Below are positions 60,432-64,000 of a DNA stretch of 64,000 nt, in pieces (position 1 is the stretch's first letter; each line of letters starts with the position of its first letter). The notes under the pieces are model-generated. The model was not told where the DNA came from and ran no database searches. It saw only the letters and a list, made by a program, of their open reading frames with translations. The stretch spans positions 64,001 through 128,000 of the forward strand of contig CAXXSM010000053.1 of assembly GCA_963663405.2 (NCBI GenBank), in the 5' to 3' direction. The position numbers were made by a program, and so were the translations under genes. The DNA is from a bacterium. Lineage in GTDB: Bacteria; Hinthialibacterota; Hinthialibacteria; Hinthialibacterales; Hinthialibacteraceae.

Positions 60432-63008
60432 TTATTGTGTATTTTGATTCCGGTTCGGCAGCCTCATTGTCACCGTGGTTCCTTTGCCCGGTTCGCTTTC
60501 GGCTGTTAAGGTTCCTTTGTGCATGATGACCAGTTCCTTGGCGATGGAGAGTCCCAAGCCGGAGCCTTTCGCTACCTGTTGCGACGCGGGAGTGCGGTAG
60601 AAACGATTCCAGATCTTGCCGCATTCTTCTTTTGTCATTCCCATCCCCGTGTCTGTTACTGAGAGGGAAATCATATCTCCGCTCTGCTCCAAAGTGATCT
60701 CGATCTTCCCGCCTTCGGGCGTATATTTAATCGCGTTGCTGACCAGTTCACCAATAACGCGCTGGATTTTTCCTCCATCGGCGAGGACTGTAAACAGATC
60801 GCTGACTTTATTCATCCGGAGTTCGATCCCCTTCTGCGCTGCGGCGGGATGTTGTTCTTGAATGGTATTCTGCACAAGTGTCCGAAGGGGGATGTTACTC
60901 TTCTCTAAAACTGTCCGGCCCGATTCAATCCGGGACAAATCAAGAATATCGTTGACTAAATTGGTAAGGCGGTCGACCGAACGGGTCGCTCTCGAAAGGA
61001 TCTTCAGCTGTTTCGGGCTCATCTCACCCGCGATGCCCAATGCGAGATTGTCCAAACTCCCTTTAATAGCGGTCAGCGGTGTTCGCAGATCGTGCGAGGC
61101 CTGAGAAACAAACGCGGTCTTCATCTTATCCAGTTCCCGCAGCTGCTCGTTGGCGCCCTCCAGGAGGAAATTCGCCGCCTGTAGGTCTTCATTCGCGTTT
61201 TCCAATTCTTCAGTGCGTTGTTCCACGCGGTATTCAAGGTCCACGTTCAATTCAGCCAATGTTTTATTCGCTTTCGCAAATCGCGCGGAAAGGTAGACGG
61301 ACATCGAAAGAATAAAAAGAAGCAGCGCCCACTCGGTTTGATAAGGAATCGGTAAGGCGGGCGCGAGCGATAAATTGACCAGCAGTTTCCAAATGATGGA
61401 TAGATTGAAAATAATGGCGCCAAACGCGATGTATTCGATCCCTTCCCGCCGCCGTAGAATCGCGATGATCACTACCCGCAAACATTCCCCGCATCCGATT
61501 AAATAGAACGCCAGGCAGATGGGCAGGATTGTTTCATTATCCCGAATCCAAAAGCCGATCGCGGCCAATATCGCGCCGGTAAAAAAGATCCAGTACTGCC
61601 GGGGCAGCCGGTCATAGACAAGGTAATAGAAAAAGAGCAGGACGAAAATCAAATTGAGCGAATTAAACGTGAAGAATAACCGCCAATACAAGAAGATTTG
61701 CGAAATATCCGTCAGAAACGTGCTCTGCAGTTCGAGATAGCGAAGCGCTGTTAAACTGCCTAGATATAAGGCATAGTGCAGATTCTCCTTTAAACGTGGA
61801 TAAAAGAGAAACAGGCATAAATGCAGGACCAGCATAGAAAGTGGCACGACCGTAAACAGCGTCTGGAAGTTTGACGCCGCGCGGGTTTCATTGATATTCA
61901 ATTTGCTTTTGCACAATACATTGGCCCCACGAATTTCCATGGTTCCAGCCTGTCCGGAAAAGACGGCTGTATTCTCCGATTGCGCGGTTGGCTGAGCGGT
62001 GTACATGAGATGAGTCGAACCAGGATGGATGGGCAGCGTCCATATAATACCTTCTTTCCTCCGAACGCCGCCATGGCTGATCCGCAGGATATTCCAGCCA
62101 GGAGGGATCCGTTCTTGCACAGTAATACCAACGGGCCGGTCTGAAGGATTCTCCACAGCGAGTGAGATATCAATGATGTCATTGGGTAAAAATCGGTCGG
62201 TGGAGATCAGGCGGTTGGCGAACGGTTTGGCTGGTTCCAGTTTGGGTTGGATCACACGGGCATGGGCTAATTGCGCGTTATCATTGTAATTGAAGATCGC
62301 AAACCCATAAGCGATTGGGCCATGCATCCGAATCCGGATTTGATGCGCCATAGTCCAATCCGTTCCATCTTTTGAATATTCGGAATAGAGACGGTTTTCA
62401 GACGCGATTCGAGTCAGGCGGAAATAGGTTGGCGTTCCCCTGTTTTCAATGGACATTTGGGGTTTGACATTTGTTCGTAACTCGCTTCCCCGGTCCCCCT
62501 CGCGGTCGCGCCAGACATTGATCGTCACCGCTCCATAGGCTTTTGTGCGGGCGGAACCGATGAAATGGAATTTGGAATCAGACGCGTTTCCCCGTTCCCG
62601 GATCATAATGCCGCACACCGCGCCGGTGTTTCCACCTGTGTCATCGATCCATTCGGTTTTCAGCGTTAATGTCCACGAACCGGGACGTTCTGTATAGACA
62701 AAATAGCCCTCATCATTTTGATCGTGAAATCCATCCCCATTTCCATAGATGTCGTAGATGAGCCCATCAGGGGATTGCGTGGTATCCATTTTTCCCAGTG
62801 TTTTATTCTGTCCAATTTGGGGAGGAAAACCGGGCGCGCCCCAGTCGGCGAATTGATCGAACAGCGGTTCATTAGAATCAGCCGGCGTTGTGGATTGAAT
62901 CGAACCGGCTGGTTCCTGCGCATGAACAGCGGCGCCAAGAAACCCGAAAAACAAGATACTAAATAAGATCACGCGTTGATTCAAAAACGATACACCGTGG
63001 GCCGTCAT
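60432..63008 (-). CDS. Sensor histidine kinase with extracytoplasmic beta-sandwich domains and a 7TM-DISM-like region
   Basis: Signal peptide, a lectin-like N-domain (DEGYFVY, GIMIR), an Ig-like domain (V.ERIPPGW), about 7 TM segments, SHDLRTPL, NAIKY, GSGLGL. Confidence 0.88.
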   Translation of the reverse strand: MTAHGVSFLNQRVILFSILFFGFLGAAVHAQEPAGSIQSTTPADSNEPLFDQFADWGAPGFPPQIGQNKTLGKMDTTQSPDGLIYDIYGNGDGFHDQNDEGYFVYTERPGSWTLTLKTEWIDDTGGNTGAVCGIMIRERGNASDSKFHFIGSARTKAYGAVTINVWRDREGDRGSELRTNVKPQMSIENRGTPTYFRLTRIASENRLYSEYSKDGTDWTMAHQIRIRMHGPIAYGFAIFNYNDNAQLAHARVIQPKLEPAKPFANRLISTDRFLPNDIIDISLAVENPSDRPVGITVQERIPPGWNILRISHGGVRRKEGIIWTLPIHPGSTHLMYTAQPTAQSENTAVFSGQAGTMEIRGANVLCKSKLNINETRAASNFQTLFTVVPLSMLVLHLCLFLFYPRLKENLHYALYLGSLTALRYLELQSTFLTDISQIFLYWRLFFTFNSLNLIFVLLFFYYLVYDRLPRQYWIFFTGAILAAIGFWIRDNETILPICLAFYLIGCGECLRVVIIAILRRREGIEYIAFGAIIFNLSIIWKLLVNLSLAPALPIPYQTEWALLLFILSMSVYLSARFAKANKTLAELNVDLEYRVEQRTEELENANEDLQAANFLLEGANEQLRELDKMKTAFVSQASHDLRTPLTAIKGSLDNLALGIAGEMSPKQLKILSRATRSVDRLTNLVNDILDLSRIESGRTVLEKSNIPLRTLVQNTIQEQHPAAAQKGIELRMNKVSDLFTVLADGGKIQRVIGELVSNAIKYTPEGGKIEITLEQSGDMISLSVTDTGMGMTKEECGKIWNRFYRTPASQQVAKGSGLGLSIAKELVIMHKGTLTAESEPGKGTTVTMRLPNRNQNTQ

Positions 63009-63036
63009 TCCATTCAGCTCCCTTGATCGATTTCAA

Positions 63037-63061
63037 TAATGGAGCGCGGGTGTCCCGCCCG
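63037..63061 (+). repeat. REP-like palindrome, GGAG-foot class, copy 3
   Basis: TAATGGAGCGCGGGTGTCCCGCCCG, one mismatch to copies 1 and 2. Confidence 0.85.
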
Positions 63062-63591
63062 CAAAATTTAGAAAACGCATCCAGAAAATCCGTTTATCCT
63101 GAGAATCCTAATTTAGACAAAAAAATACTATTTCACAAATCGCAGATCGATAAGTACCATCATACATCGATCTACACAAGAAGACTTGGCCTGCTCTATT
63201 TTTTTCTAAAAGTCAAGCTAGATTGTGAGCCGGAAACACTAACAAAAGGTAACATTAATTAATACGCCTGTTTGATCGCGCTATTTCAATAGATTGATAT
63301 ATCCGTTATGCCTGATTGGACACAAATCCCGTTCACATTTCCTCAAAAGGATCGTTCAAAACCTTTATAGATAGGCGCCTTGGAACTAAAATAATTCTTT
63401 TCAAGGTATGCCGGGATAATTCTTGTCTGCGATTGTGGTGAATCGAATGACAGATGAATTTTCTTCAAATTAAAAGAGCGCCGTTTTTTTGCAGCTTCCT
63501 CTTTTTATTCACATCAAGGAATTCAATCGTCTTCCAGATCGCGTTGTCAATATGGGATGAACCGGCCAATTCATGCAAGGAGCAGGCATCG

Positions 63592-64000
63592 ATGTTCGAA
63601 ATTCTCGATAAGAAAGAACTCGCCCCCGATACATTTTGGTTTGAAGCCAAGGCGCCGCTCGTTTCCCACGCCCGGAAAGCGGGTCAATTCATGATTATTT
63701 GCCCCCATGAAAAAGCCGAACGGATCCCGATTTCCCTCGCCGGCTCCAATCTCGAAAACGACAGCCTCTTGTTCGTCATCCAGGCGATTGGCAAAACCAC
63801 CCATGAAATTTGTTCCATGAATGTGGGGGATTCCTTCTTCAGCATCATCGGCCCTCTTGGTGAGCCCAGTCCTATTAAGAACTATGGCACGGTCGTCTGC
63901 ATGGGGGGCGGGTACGGCGTCGCCGCGCTGACGCCGATCTGTGATGAACTACGCCGCGCCGGAAACAAGGTGATTGGCGTAATCGGCGCCCGTGAAAAAA
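63592..64000 (+). CDS. NfnA/SudB-like FAD/NAD-binding electron transfer subunit (partial, runs off the window)
   Basis: Not in the ORF track. My translation reads MFEILDKKELAP...KAGQF...ERIPISL...GKTT...GPLGEP...GGGYGVA...GAR. AAGGAG RBS. Confidence 0.88.
   Translation, partial: MFEILDKKELAPDTFWFEAKAPLVSHARKAGQFMIICPHEKAERIPISLAGSNLENDSLLFVIQAIGKTTHEICSMNVGDSFFSIIGPLGEPSPIKNYGTVVCMGGGYGVAALTPICDELRRAGNKVIGVIGAREK

Noticed and set aside
63023-63804. Short ORFs 63023..63262, 63465..63650 and 63571..63804
   Set aside because: They show no motifs. The first spans a REP, and the last two overlap the real + strand nfnA-like gene starting at 63592.

Overview
A gene-dense stretch of bacterial chromosome with mid-range GC and several AT-rich patches (about 3130-3380, 11700-13560, 17200-17850 and 23300-25700, judged by eye). 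I found no rRNA, tRNA, CRISPR array, integrase or transposase. Housekeeping genes are gdh, ubiX/ubiA(mqnP), mtaB, anmK, aroQ, aroE, aroK, an asmA-like gene and a partial nfnA-like gene at the right edge. They are mixed with many exported proteins: three Tat-signal Gfo/Idh/MocA oxidoreductases, a sulfatase, two esterases, an amidohydrolase, an FG-GAP protein and two orphan prepilins. The window also has an arsR-arsP-thioredoxin-[inserted Tat gene]-arsF-arsG-like operon and a two-kinase/response-regulator/PP2C cluster. The gene content suggests a poorly characterised lineage such as Hinthialibacterota or Sumerlaeota, which is inference only. The most notable signals are: (1) a clear cobalamin riboswitch plus terminator in front of a secreted transcobalamin-like (DUF4430-like) protein carrying two copies of a 124-aa domain I do not recognise; (2) a short C-terminal S/T-x-[VT]-x-x-W-x-I-[YH] tail on three exported enzymes from two unrelated families, a candidate sorting signal; (3) two orphan pilin-like paralogs with identical N-termini and a shared C-terminal motif; (4) a 170-bp near-identical 5' block in otherwise divergent tandem esterases; (5) GGAG- and GTAG-foot REP-like repeats, two of which supply gene stop codons; (6) a 1008-aa extremely acidic scaffold-like protein. 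Three genes carry single-base frameshifts in short homopolymers, most likely assembly errors. All family assignments come from motif recognition, not database searches.
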